Positions 24,771 to 39,467 of a stretch of DNA of 64,000 nt are shown piece by piece. Origin of the DNA: Eledone cirrhosa (taxonomy: Eukaryota); assembly GCA_964016885.1 (NCBI GenBank), contig OZ024740.1:381982001-382046000 (forward strand), read 5' to 3'. The notes under the pieces are model-generated. The model was given only the letters and a program-made list of their open reading frames with translations, had not been told where the DNA came from and made no database searches. The first letter of the stretch is position 1. Every line of letters begins with the position of its first letter. The position numbers were made by a program, and so were the translations under genes.

Positions 24771-25889
24771 GCTCTTATTATTCTCTTTAAGACTACCTTT
24801 TCTGATTTACTTTCATTTTTAACCTTATTATTAATTTCATTTTTATTTTTATTTTTATTTTTACTTCACATCCACCACTACCCCCCACCCCCTTTATTCT
24901 CCGATTCACTTACCTAATATCTTCACTTTCCACTTTTTACTTCCCTATTTTCTTCACTATTTGATTATAGTAGTCACTTGCGTTTTCCACTCCAGATATT
25001 TCCTGTTATTTCGCAGCCAATTTTATATTTTCATATTTGTACTCACTTATTCACAAGGCTGCTTTTACACCCTGTATCTATATGTCTGAGCGTCTTTATG
25101 TGTGTATACTTTCTGTATATGTACACGAACGCCTCCGTATGTGCGCGCGCGTGCGTGTATATATATATATGTGTATGTATGTGTGTTTTTATATCTGTGT
25201 TTTTACATCTAGGTTTTTTTACATTCTCATTTTTATGTGTGTGCATGTAAGCGAGTCAACGTGCGTGAGTGTATGTATGTATGTGTGTGTGTGTGTGTAG
25301 GTACTGAATGTATGGATGTGTAAGTGTGCGTATGTATATATGTATGTATATATTTATGTGTGTGTATGTGTGTGTGTGTATGTACGCGTGTACCTTGTTT
25401 GTTTTCTTTTCTTTACTTTGCAATTTTTTCTTTCTAAATTAATGTTCCATTTTTATAAATATATCGAGAATGATACTTTTTACTATTACACTCCCTTACC
25501 TCTTTTTCTTCCGCATATAAGTGTACGCGCGTGTATGTGTGTTTATACGCGTGCCTTCATATTCTTATAATGTATCTAATACCCTGCTTTTCTGTATGCC
25601 TGTCAACCGGACACTCATATCATGTCTGTGTCTGTAGTTACAGATACACAGATATACTTGCCCTCACACATATATTTACGCACACATTTTCACTATACAC
25701 ACACATTTGTACATACATATGTACATCTGTGAGTGTATATACATACATATACACACACCTAACTATATTTCTTAAAACATTTTTTATATGTTTTATATGT
25801 CTATTGTATTACCTTTATCTATATTTATATAAATTTTTTTGCATTTCTTGAGGAGACTTTCCAAATATTTAACTATGTTTTATATTGCC

Positions 25890-25962
25890 TCGTCCGACGA
25901 ACGAATGAAGACGTTTCTTTCGTATTCGCGTTATTCGGGAAACCTCTGTTAATGAGGTAATT
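25890..25962 (+). ncRNA. Degenerate hammerhead-like motif at the PLE 3' end
   Basis: CCGACGA (U4C) aCGAATGA...TTATTCGg GAAA CCTC-tgttaat-GAGG TA. Stem I is weak. Confidence 0.45.
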
Positions 25963-25983
25963 AAATTGTATTGTTTTTTATAC

Positions 25984-26066
<83 letters not shown>

Positions 26067-26169
26067 TTCTTCCTTGCTGGGTCAACAGTGACCAGCGTAT
26101 CTGAGTCTCTGTCCACGTATTGACCGGCTGATAGGTGGTATATTGCCATAGAGAGGCCTATTTATTGGG

Positions 26170-26400
26170 TGTTCCCTCCAAGAGACGTTCAAAACAGCGA
26201 AGTAGTAGCAGGTAATGTGTTGTTATGGAGTCCATCTCATGGAGCAAGAAACGCTGGTCGTCCCATGAAGACATACGTCAAGCAACTTGAGGACGATATT
26301 GGATGCACTGGGGAAGAACTGGCAAACGCTATGAGAGACAGAGATGGATGGAGGAAACGTGTCGTAGAAAGCTGAGCAAGCCCTACCGGATGATGATGAT
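26170..26400 (+). mobile_element. RTE-clade LINE 3' fragment
   Basis: VLLWSPSHGARNAGRPMKTYVKQLEDDIG...AMRDRDGWRKRV* followed by a short (GAT)n tail. Confidence 0.75.
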
Positions 26401-26417
26401 ATATATACATATATATA

Positions 26418-26450
<33 letters not shown>

Positions 26451-27312
26451 CCAAAATTAAGATAAATCAAATGAATTTAATCTAAATCAAAATTATGGGT
26501 GTCATGCCAGAAAGACATGCGCCATATCACCCGCAAAATAAGCTCTAAGATTCTAACGAGTAGGTCCGAGCATTTTATAATAACTAGAAATTGATTAACA
26601 TATAAATAAACATGAATAATCACAGGAGATAATTTTTACAAGTGTGTAACCACACATAGCTAGGTAAGTAACTAAATAAAGTTGACCAGAACTCCAAAAA
26701 TAGATACCTTATAATATGATTAATCTTCCCTGTATATATTCCATTAAAGAAATATATTTCACCAATTAATCGAATGATAAACCACGGAAGAGGATACATG
26801 GATTTTCAACAAGGAAGAAGTTCCAGCGATCAGTGTTTACACTTCAAGTTCAAATCAGCGACTGGCCAGCAACACGTGCTATATTTACTAGCAATACACA
26901 CATCATACTAGCTTCGTCTCAGTGGCGTGAATAGGGTTATCAAAAACTAGAAACATCAGTCGAGTCCTTTTAACATATAAATAAACATGAATAATCACAT
27001 TTTGATATACTAATTCTTTATAATTATCTCCAAATTATTTTGTTGAGCAAAAATTTGCCAAAACTGCTACTATAGTTCATAGTAATGGTTCGGCTACTGT
27101 CTTTTGAATACTCCACTCCTCACTGATTAACCTCGATGATTAACCTCACTGATTAACCTCGATGTCACGTGATTGATTCTTTTGAATTTGCTACCGACCA
27201 AGTTGGCAGTGTTTTTTTCAATGTCTTGGAATTTAGTCCACGCTTGCTTTTTTCCATCCACTGAATTATTTTTGTATAAGTGTCCATCGCCTGGAAACTT
27301 AGCTGAGAACAG

Positions 27313-27362
27313 ACTTCCTGATGACGAAAGGTTTTCTCCATGCGTTCCATTCGGAAACCATG
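27313..27362 (+). ncRNA. Partial hammerhead-like motif
   Basis: CTGATGA CGAA...TTCG GAAA CCATGT. The 3' strand of stem I is missing. It lies in a (TA)n-bounded block (about 26450-27500) with internal duplications. Confidence 0.35.
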
Positions 27363-27667
27363 TTTATTCCCTTTCAGAAACTAATTAGTTAGAGTGAAAT
27401 TTAGTAAGTAATTTAATTTTTATAATTTTTTTATTTTACGTCTTTCCTATAATTGTTGTGCATCCCCTTGTATTGAACCACAAAGTTACTAAGACAAAAC
27501 CTATATATTTGCTAGCATAGGTATGCATCTGTATATATATGTTGGTAGATATACTAATTCTTTATATATATATATATATATATATATATTAAGTGTATTA
27601 AGTTCAGAACTCAAGCATTCCTTTACAATGAAATAGCTCAAAGAAAAAAATATTTCTGAGCCGTGTA

Positions 27668-28318
<651 letters not shown>

Positions 28319-28798
28319 GGAGAGGGAGAGATATATTAACAGATACAAATTTGTATGAGTGTGTTTGTGTAGAATAGTGCAAGCAAAGCATAGATCTATA
28401 TATATATAGAGAGAGAGAGAGAGCAAGAGAGTGAGAGAAAAGGATTCTATTTCTATAGGAAATAATACTCTTTCATTGCATCAACTAAGTAATTATGTAT
28501 TCCTGTCAATGTGTGTGCACATGTATGTGTATTTTTGTGTTTGTAGATTTATGAAAATCATTACATATGCGGATCTGTATCTTTTTAGTTATTTGTGCAC
28601 ATATATATATGATCCTGTATCTATACTTGTGTGCATATATTTATTACACTCTAAATTACAGGAAAGTATATATGTTTATTTGTATGTATATATGTCACTA
28701 TGTATCTGTGCGTGTATGTATGTATATATGTATGTATGGGTGGATTAAGTGATTCATATTTTTCTGTATCTATACCGTGTTTTATGAGACTTATATAC

Positions 28799-28841
<43 letters not shown>

Positions 28842-29733
28842 TCTATAAAGAGAAAGAAAGAGAGATGGTGAAAGAGGGGGGGGGAGAGCGAGAGTGAGAG
28901 ACAGAGAGAGAGAGATAGATTAACATACACAAATTTGTATGAGTGTGTTTTGTGTAGAATAGAGAAAGAAAAGCATAAATGTACGTCAATGAAAAATATG
29001 AATGTCACAGTATCATTTGCATTTGCAAACAAGTCATGCCTTTAAGGCGTTGAACCTACTAACAAACCATAATTCTAATAGTGCCCTCCATACATTTCGA
29101 TATCATTACACAACAGTATGATAATGAACACCTAAGAGTATTTTGCATCAGTTGGTTTGATTTTACCGGTTCATTTACTAAACTAGCAAAGCTTCATACC
29201 AATCTCTATATATAGTATTCTTGCATGTCAGACGAAACTTTCTCATACCTTGCAGAAATATTTCAATCCAGCATTGCAAGTCAGGAAATATCTTACTGTG
29301 CAATGTTACACACACCCACACACACATCAGAAGCACACGCACAAAGGCACATACTAACACACAATTACACACAAAATGACACAAGCTCACACGTACACTC
29401 ACACACAAATATATATATATACATATAGAAAGAGAGAGGGAAGGGAGAGAGATGGGGAAGAGAGGAGGGAGAGAGAGGGAAGAGAGAGAGGGGGGAGATG
29501 GGAGATAGAGGAGGAGAGAGAGCGAGTGTTGAAACTGGGGAAACAACTAAATATGGGAGTACGCAATACATAGTGATATGCATAGTGTATATAGAGATAT
29601 GTGAATTACCGACCGCGGCTCCAAGCGGTTTCCATTTGTGTGTCAGCAAGACGAAAGTGCGTAGTAAGACACCAGGTTGACAATATAGCGCATAAGATTA
29701 CTCGATACTAGGGGTATATATATATACACACAT

Positions 29734-30282
29734 AAATGGAATAGAATGAAACGAAATTCATTTCTCACTCTTAGTACGGCACTTCCTTAAATGTAAGTAT
29801 GTATGTATGTATACGTACATACATATATGTATACAGACGTACAGTAGTATGTATATATGTACATACATGCACACATATATATATGCACGTATCGGTTTAC
29901 CGAACATTTATTATAATGCTCGGTTTGTTTGTTTGTAAACAAACAAACAGCCCGAATTACGCCGTACAGTGTTTAGGCAACCACGTCACTTTTTTGTTCA
30001 ACACGGACACAGGAACGATGTACTAGTTTTAAGCTTATTAGCTATAGTCAGCATCGTATACCTTTCTGCCAGATGGTTGAACGTCTGAAAGTATATATTT
30101 TCCTTATGCATATTAACGGCTGGGCAGCCTAATTTGCATATCGAGTGAGTTCAGTCGGCCGGGCACACCGTGAACGACAAATGGAATAGAATGAAACGAA
30201 ATTTGATTTCTCACTCTTAGTACGGCAGTTACTTAAATGTAAGTATGTATGTATATATGTATACAGACGTACAGTAGTATCT
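29734..30282 (-). mobile_element. Second copy of the hammerhead-bearing direct-repeat family (~445-nt unit)
   Basis: Colinear with 5226-5760, with the terminal repeat restarting at about 30179. The hammerhead at 30015-30057 has a mutated core (CTGACTA, AAAA) but a perfect stem I, ACGATG/CATCGT. Confidence 0.75.
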
Positions 30283-30981
30283 ATATATTCCCACGGGCAG
30301 TTTTTTCTACAGATATCTCTATACAATATTTTAGCAATGATGCCATGCCGCCGCCACAGTACCTTAATAATATTTTAGTTAGTTGCCGATCATCCAAAGA
30401 AATGTGATATATTGGATATATGTTATAACAACAACAACAAAAATGTGATATAATGGATATATGCTTTATAAAACAAAGAAATGTGATATAATGGATACAT
30501 ATACTAGCAATTTAGGTACATATAGGAACATTTACTGTTGTCATACGCCATAACTATATCATTCGAGAACGTCGTAACCAGGTCAAGGATTTTTATTTTC
30601 ATACCATCTATATTCTAGGCATAAAGTTTCAGGTCATCTACCAAAAGCTATGGGTTAGGATTATGTCCCTAGCCTCGTGTGAACCATTTAAATATTCTCC
30701 ATATTTCCTCAGAATAAAGGACAAGAGGGTTACTGACACTATAAATAGCATAACAGAGAGACTGTCTCCTCAAAATATATTCCTGTGATATACTATGTTA
30801 TCAAGAAAATTAGTACTACTCTGTATTTAAATACATGTATGTATATGTGTATGTATTTATGTAAGTATGTATGTATGCATGTGTGTATGCATATATGAAC
30901 GTATGTGTATATGTTTTTAATTTCTCACTAACGGAAAGTGAGGGAGAGAGAGAGAGAGATTCTATTTCTATAGGAAATAAT

Positions 30982-31155
30982 TGTTTCTACATTTGGCACA
31001 AGGCCAGCAATTACCCAGTGCATTACTGGTATATTATTTTATCGACCCCGCAAGGATGAAAGACAAAGTTAACCTTGGCGCGATTTGAACTCAGAATGGC
31101 AAGGGCGTAACTCTATGCGTCAAAGCATACTGTCCGACTCTCTACCGATACTGCC
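30982..31155 (-). mobile_element. SINE with a 10-bp TSD
   Basis: The TSD AGGAAATAAT lies at 30972-30981 and 31156-31165. A further SINE 3' fragment lies at 31196-31236. Confidence 0.9.
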
Positions 31156-31426
31156 AGGAAATAATACTCTTTCATTGCATCAACTAAGTAATTATTGTTT
31201 CTACTTTAGGCACAAGGCTAGCAATTACCTAGTGCAGTATGTATGTATGTATGGGTAGATTAAATGATTCATATTTGACTGTATATATATATATATATAC
31301 CGTGTTTTAAGAGATTTATATGTAGTATTTTAAAAGCCATGGGCCATGAGATGATTGCGATGGGAATAAGAAAATAATCAAAGCAAAAAGCATGATTATT
31401 ATTAATGATGCTATTCGAATTATTAT

Positions 31427-31427
31427 T

Positions 31428-31463
<36 letters not shown>

Positions 31464-31539
31464 AAGAAGAAGAAGAAGAAGAAGAAGAAGAAGAAGAAGA
31501 AGAAGAAGAAGAAGAAGAAGAAGAAGAAGAAGAAGAAGA
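31427..31539. repeat. Compound trinucleotide microsatellite (TAG)n(AAG)n
   Basis: Directly visible in the sequence. Confidence 0.95.
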
Positions 31540-31936
31540 TCACTAGGTGAGTGAAAAACGATTTTTTGTTAAATGTTTACAATCATTCAATTTTAAATGT
31601 TTAACGAATATATTTTTTAAGTTCATATGACGTGTGTGGATTAAAATGATGGCCTTTCTTGACTTCTCAAATAGTCCACTTCAATACTAACTTGCATAAG
31701 AGTGAATCTTTAGATATTACTGTTACTAGCTTTTTATCTCGACTAAGTATTTTTCTGCGGACATTTATATCGAGACGTATAGTACGTTGTATTACAGACA
31801 CACAAACACACAGGTTCATATAAAGACAGACTTACAATCATACACACACACACCCACACGTATGTATATAAGTACACACACATAGAGCAAACACTCGCAC
31901 ACACTCGCACACACTCGCACACACACGCTCAGACGT

Positions 31937-31987
<51 letters not shown>

Positions 31988-33725
31988 AATCCATAAACAC
32001 TCATGAACTGTTGTTATCATGTGTCCGTATAAATTGTTTAATGATGCTCGATTTTCAATTAAATGTTCTACAGCATCGGAAAGTCATTAATACAAATATG
32101 AATTGTGAAACAAATCCTATTTCTGGTTGATATTTCCATTATCAACATAACATTTTTCATCATCAACAAGAAAATAGGATGCATCATAAAAGTATTACAG
32201 ATTTCTTGTTTACCACAGTAGAAGCACAAATCGAATGTATTCCATTAACGAGCAGTACTATCAATATTGAAAGTATAAAAAGATATATTTTAAAAGTTAT
32301 ATCAACATAATCATAATATACAATAACAAATAATAACTCTGGGGATATCTCCTCTAAAAATATGTATTAATAAGAACATTTCGTACAGATAAGTTCGAGG
32401 GGTGGACTAGCCAGAAGTTATGCCCATATAAGAATATATTTTTAGGGAAATGTAAACTTATTTTCAGTGATAAGCTTGATACTCACACCTACAATACTCC
32501 ATAATCGTTTTTACCTGGAATCGCCATTAGGTAACTTAGTCCACATATAGAACATTTAATTTTGAAATGAAGATCAGCGAAGCTCTCATTTCCAGTGTTA
32601 CTGCCACATGTACAAATAACATTCCATTTATTAATTATTTTAATATGGATCTTTTGGCATCCATATTGAGCTGCTTTTAGCACCGGGGTTACGGATTGGA
32701 TTATCGATATCCGTTATTCGTAATCCTTCTATACGTTTCTAATTTCCGCTACGGTTTCCAATATATGACAATATATGACAAAAATATATGACAATCTTAT
32801 CTCAAGGTACATGTTCAGCTATTTCCGACTTAGAGGGTGTTCTCTTTTAATTTCCTCTAATGTGATTTTAAAGTAAAATACGGAAAATATTAGAAAGGTT
32901 ACATACAAGATTGCAAATACGAACAATATGTACAATATTGGTAGTTTGAAGTGATGTACATAACATTCCCTCTGTCACAGAATACTCGATTTCTTTCAAT
33001 ACCGCGTTAGTTAAAGTTGTTCAATCTGATTCTCTTAACATCATTTACATTGCGTGTTGTTTGAAATCTTACTTTATATTCACGATTTATTTAATTATAG
33101 AAACAAACAATTAGAACTTTTATTTGGTTTTGACATTTCACTATATTTTACTGATTGAAATATTCAAATATTTCGTTTACACGTTCATTTTGATTCTTAT
33201 CGTTATAATAGGTGTTTCGAGTATATTTCCTCTAGCTGTCTGAAATAGGTTAGCAGAACCTAAGAAATGTTATCTGTCATAACATTTTATCCTATGCAGA
33301 ATGACCTCTATATCGTTACGACTTAAAACTGGAATTGAACAAAAATTATAGAACTTAGACATTTCAGAGCAAATACGTGTTGAATCTAATAATATATCAC
33401 TAAAGAAGTTCATTTTAACATATTTCATGCAAAAAGAAAGCAGTAAAATTTTAACGATATTCAATATGCTGGCAAAAAAAGCGAATAGCTAACTTTAATT
33501 TCCTTTTTGCGAGAACGACCGCTGAAGACGTCAGACAAGTTTTGACCTCCTTTCGACCTTATCGGAGAAGAATAGCTACCTTTGTACTTGCCGGAATAAA
33601 TACAAAAGAATAACTATACAAACGAATAATAAATTACATACTCATTTATATGTATCTGTTTATTGTCTCATCTATTTTATTTGCTACACTATTGGTTTTT
33701 CATGCTGATAGAGCATTTTCATAAT

Positions 33726-33910
33726 TGTTTCTACTTTAGGCACAAGGCCAGCAATTAACCAGTACATTACTGGTACTTTATTTTATCGACCCCATAAGGA
33801 TGAAAGGCAAAGTTAACCTCGGCGGGATTTGAACTCAGACTGTAAAGGGACGTAAATATGCTAGAAAGCATGGTGTCTGATGCTCTACCGATTCTGCCAA
33901 TCTACCACCC
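33726..33910 (-). mobile_element. tRNA-derived SINE, full length
   Basis: Colinear with 228-412 and preceded by ATAAT. Confidence 0.9.
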
Positions 33911-35214
33911 TGTATGCTATCATTATCCAGGGACTACTCGAGAGAATAGTATGTATGTCTCATAAGGCTTATATACTGTTTGGAATCTGTATGTTATTTA
34001 GTAGATAAACTGTGGGAGGATATAAATGTAATAACAATGGATCGTCGTAGATTTATCATTAGGTGAACGAGCGGCTTAGATCGAAAAGAATTATGAAGAA
34101 ATACTCAACGATTGGTGAGAATGAGAAACAAAGAGATGACGATTTACCTAAGACACAGCCAATTTGGAGATAAAGGAAATTAATATAGAAATTGGACAGT
34201 AGTAACATATGATAATGAAATATAGGTGAATGAAAAAATGATAAGTGTATACAGAAATATTACTTTATATACAATTTTTTTGTATTGGTGCTGATATTTT
34301 CGTGTGATTACTGTATAAACTCTATACTGAAAGCCGGAGGCAGCTTTTAGTTTACACATAATCTGAAGATATTCCACTCAATAACTCAGACAGGAACGCC
34401 AATAACCAATAGTGAATAAGATAAGGGTATCAAATGAAAAGAATCAATGTTGTTATTAGGAAGAGAATGAGAAGAAAAGTAGAATTATTCGTATTAATTA
34501 TTTATCAAATCAACTGATATCATCTTGAAACTGAAAGTTAGGTGGGCGTAGAGCGGTAGAGATATTATATTATATATCTAACTTGTATTTCTTATTTTAT
34601 ACAACAGCAGTATGTTCGAATATAACACGTACACAGATACTCGCACTCACATACTCTAATATACATGCGCCTATATGTATTTGTACATCACCAACATACC
34701 ACAATAGACGAGGTTGACAATTGCTGTCGGATGAGAGAAAGTTCCCCAGAAAGTTAACAAGGGTTTAAGGTTCACCATCAAAGTTAAAAAGACTTACCAG
34801 AACTAATATCAATAACGACTTATTGTAAAGATTTGATTTATTTAAAAATACCAACTACCAGTGACATAATTCCGCTCCTTTTTCATACACACACACAAAC
34901 ACACACTTATATATGTATGTATATATATATATATATATATATCCATACATGCTTCCATGTGAGAAGAGAAAAGAGCTTTGAATACTTTATGTGGAGTATA
35001 TATTTTTTGAATTTACCAGGACAATGGTCTCCACATTTAGTACTCGGGATTTTCTAGTTACTTAGACGTATGTCTATTTTTCAGAGACAAGTTGTGAATA
35101 TATGAACAAATCCGCCGGATCGGTTACTCCATGACTCCATGTTGGTCGCTGTTTATTGGGCCCCCATTGGGTCTGTTCGCATGATACATTTCAAAGAGTA
35201 TAGTTGCAATATGG

Positions 35215-35280
<66 letters not shown>

Positions 35281-35284
<4 letters not shown>

Positions 35285-35465
35285 AAGTATGACTCCGACG
35301 GAAGAGCTCGAGCCGTTTCACGGCTATTTCTATAGTCCAGAAATAGTCTTCGAAACGGCTTGAGCTCTGCCATCATACTTTCTCCTATTACCCACTCTAC
35401 TACCCCACGTATTGAGTACTCTGGTGCGTTATGGTCCATCTGGTTCCTTACCACAGCTCCTTCGT
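35281..35465 (+). mobile_element. Short fold-back element with the 3' half of a hammerhead and a tail
   Basis: An imperfect hairpin at 35281-35384 is centred on CTATTTCT...AGAAATAG and followed by GAAACGGCTTGAGCTC. The tail is homologous to 37181-37258 and 59560-59643. Confidence 0.65.
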
Positions 35466-35498
35466 TATATATATGTATATATATATTTATATATATAT

Positions 35499-35938
35499 TG
35501 TTATACTTGGGGAGGGTCATATGTGTGTAATAATATTGCAGAATTAATAACAGAACACACCCATTGTTTGGTTGGTTTACGCTTCTGTGTCCTTTATATC
35601 GGTTAATTTAATTTATTCGGTCCTCAATGTTATCATTGACTGACCAACGGTCAAAAATACAGTTAGGCATACAATGCAACGGGAGGAAACATCATAGCAC
35701 CGCTGACGATATTGCATATGTGCAACGAAAGAATTTGTTAGACTATATATATGTGTTTGTGTCTATATTGTATCTGTATTTTTGACCGTTGGTCAGTCAA
35801 GGGTAACATTGAGGACCGAATAAATTAAATTAACCGATATAAAATACACAGAAGCGAAAACCACCCAAACAGAGAGTGTATTCTGTTATTAATTCTGGCA
35901 ATATTATTACACAAATATGACCCTCCCCAAGTATAACA
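35499..35938. mobile_element. ~440-bp element with ~170-bp inverted repeats and TGTTA...TAACA termini
   Basis: The arms are 35499-35665 and about 35770-35938, with ATAT on both sides. A partial copy lies at 37938-38150, and the terminal ~23 bp recur at 53752. Confidence 0.65.
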
Positions 35939-35982
35939 ATATTTGTTTCGACAGAGGATTTCATATAAAAAACCTCGCAAAA

Positions 35983-36044
<62 letters not shown>

Positions 36045-36365
36045 AATATAGATTCAGCGAGAATCGCATTTCGGCGAGTAGAAAAGGTGAAACGAAACGC
36101 AAAAATCAGAAATGATACTGGCAAGCGCTCAATAGTTAAAAAACCAGAGCTAAACAATATGTTGAGGGGCCATACAAAACTGAAATAGTGGTCAAGAAAG
36201 CATCAACCACCTAAGCCAAACAGCAAATCAAGCTAAACAGGTCAAAACAAAATAAATGATAAACAAATACAGACCTGGACCCGTTGGATTTGATGTTAAA
36301 ATCCAAATGCACCTAAATCAAAATATTGTCTGCTTAAAAATGTAAGCTTTAGGTATAATGATCGA

Positions 36366-36398
<33 letters not shown>

Positions 36399-37073
36399 TG
36401 TATGTATGTATGTATGTATGTATGTATGTATGTATGTATGTATGTATGTATGTATATGTATGTATGTCAGGTCACCAGTTGGTGCTACTGTTAACATGTA
36501 TGCCAGTACAACCTGTCTCATGGTCGAGTCGTTGGCGACTAAACTGGCAACCCCACCAAAGTTACTTGGTGAGGAGGGTGACTTTGGACATCCTGCAGGA
36601 CTAAAAACAAAACCTGTCAAAGGGCAAAGGAGCTCTTAAGAGTCAATGCCCATCCTCCAAAATCACCGGGAGAGATGACCCCTTAGCCTTTGTCAAGGCA
36701 GAATTCTAGGAGAAGGAAAACTCTGATATAACCACTGCAACCCTGATGGTATCCAATGATGTTGACTTGTTCTTCTTTTTGATAAATATCATTTTGGTTA
36801 AGAGAGTGGGACTGGCATTGTGCAGTGCCTTTGCTCACTATAAAAGCTTCACGGCACAGGCATTGCTTTATATCTGGAGATCTCTCTGCACTTGTCGTCA
36901 CATGGTACCATGGGCCCAGCACTGTCTGTCAATAATTGTCACAAGTGTAGTGTTTGTACCAGAGTTTTCAAGTCGCTGGCTGGACTAAAAAGTCACACTC
37001 CTTCAGCGCATCAGTAGGGGTTCTCCTACATGGATATAAAGTAGTGGCAGCCTCCACCATATGTATATATATG

Positions 37074-37457
<384 letters not shown>

Positions 37458-38147
37458 CCATTGATATAGGAATCATATATTCATGTAATAAAACTGTATA
37501 TTCATATTTATCTTAAAACTAGAAAGCTGACCTATTTGTGAAATGCATTACACTCTATGATAGATAAAAATGAATACTATAATTTTGAGTAAAAAAAGTG
37601 TCTGATGATTTACTCACTAAGTGTAACGAAATGTGCATGAATGTGTTATGTTTATTAGAAGACTCTGCAATTATAAATATATAAATAACATTCTTGGCGA
37701 TATGCTTACAGAAAATTGCATTTATCGGAATTTTCATATTGGCTGCTTTCGTGTACCTATCATCAAAGTTAAATGATAGTGCTATTGAAAAGGTTTAACT
37801 GACTGAAATACATTAACATAGGCCATTCCGATTTTCACAGATGTTAGTTTATATGTATTTAGTGTTAATATATATGTATTAGCTCCGAAATACTTTTAAT
37901 GTGTTAGGGAACACATATATCACAGCTCATATTAAGTTGTGCAACGAAAGAACTTCGTTAGACTATATATATATGTGTTTGTGTCTATAATATATCTGTA
38001 TTTTTGACCGTTGGTCAGTCAAGGGTAACATTGAGGACCGAATAAATTAAATTAACCGATATAAAAGACACAGAAGCGAAAACCAACCAAGCAGTGAGTG
38101 TGTTCTGTTATTAATTCTGGCAATATTATAACACAAATATGACCCTC

Positions 38148-38232
<85 letters not shown>

Positions 38233-38239
<7 letters not shown>

Positions 38240-38725
38240 TTAGGTCGTTTGGAAGCCTCGACAATGCAAATGGGTAAATCTCCGGGTAACAAGGTCCGGT
38301 GGTGGAGAGAGAGATGTAATTGGGTGTACGTTGAGAAGCGTGGTGTGTATAAGATGTGTGAGATGTGTAGAATGAGGGAAAGGTATAAAGGTTCAAACAA
38401 AAATAACAACACAAGAGAGAGTTACCTTGGGAGAGATTTAATAGTCCCTATATATTTCGGATTCACATTCATCAACTGGGGTTTTTTTCCGGGGTGGGGG
38501 AAAAGGTTATCTGTCGGACAAGCCCGGAACGCGTCTTTCGCTCTTTGTTGTTTTGAATATTGTTTTGAATATCATCGCTTCTCAAGGTACACCCAATTAC
38601 ATCTCTCTCTCCACCACCGGACCTTGTTACCCGGAGATTTACCCATTTGCATTGTCGAGGCTTCCAAACGACCTAAAGATATTTACTTATTGTTACACAA
38701 TGCTTCATGCAAACATCAATACTCT

Positions 38726-38729
<4 letters not shown>
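38233..38729. mobile_element. Inverted-repeat insert with a tail, between long (TA)n tracts
   Basis: 38233-38340 is almost exactly the reverse complement of 38576-38682. The tail is 38683-38729. Confidence 0.75.
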
Positions 38730-38824
<95 letters not shown>

Positions 38825-39467
38825 GTAGGAGGTGAGTTTTATTGTAGTACAATAAAGCAATGCTCATCTCACAATATTTCCTTACTTAAATAACCTGTTG
38901 TTCCTTTTAATAATACATATCAACATTTTCTTAACATCGCACATATTATTAAACCCTTAAATATTATTCTCAATACATATTAACATTTTCTTTTTCATCG
39001 CACATATTATCAAACCCCTCAATATACTAACCTTAACTTTACATTATTTTTCTCTTCGTTAATTTTCAAATTCTTTTAATTTATACATTATCTTCCAACG
39101 GTTTTAAAACAATATATCTTTCTCAGTTATGAAAGCTATCTCTCTCTCTCTATCACCCATCTCTCCTCCTATCTCATCCTTCCTCATTATACTCCTCTCT
39201 CTCCACTTTTTACTCTCATCTCCTCCTCTTTTTCACCCCCCCCCCTCTAAATAAAATATTTTCTCAATATCACACATCAATCAAAAACTACTTCTCATAT
39301 GTTGATTTAAAACTGAACTATCCACAAGTGTTTTTTAACCTTCATATCATGTCTTCCTGTTTTATCTGATGAAAACACAATATTATTGCATGATGATATT
39401 TGTTTTTGAAATGCGCATAATAAAATACATGGAACTCTTTTAACCATCTTTTGTTCTTATATATTAT
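38825..39467 (+). mobile_element. PLE pLTR-type insert, same family as 52319-53695
   Basis: It starts with the same GTAGGAGGTGAGTTTTATTGTAGTACAATAAAGCAATGC as 52319. The 3' part is colinear with 53305-53695. (TA)n flanks both sides. Confidence 0.75.
39359..39425 (+). ncRNA. Minimal type I hammerhead ribozyme
   Basis: GTTTTAT CTGATGA AAACA...TGTTTTT GAAA TGCGCA TA ATAAAA. The core is intact, loop III is palindromic (TGCGCA) and stem I is 6 bp. Confidence 0.8.

Larger units (their letters stand above)
24431..25985 (+). mobile_element. 5'-truncated Penelope-like element inserted in (TA)n
   Basis: A GIY-YIG C-terminal coding remnant is followed by a long low-complexity 3' region and a terminal hammerhead-like motif. 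(TA)n flanks both sides. Confidence 0.75.

Noticed and set aside
36470-37060. GC-richer block resembling a LINE 5' UTR
   Set aside because: No coding motif or second copy in the window supports a specific call.
37595-37645. CTGATGA...GAAATGTGCA hammerhead-like string
   Set aside because: There is no valid UH triplet and no stem I pairing. At best it is a very decayed copy.
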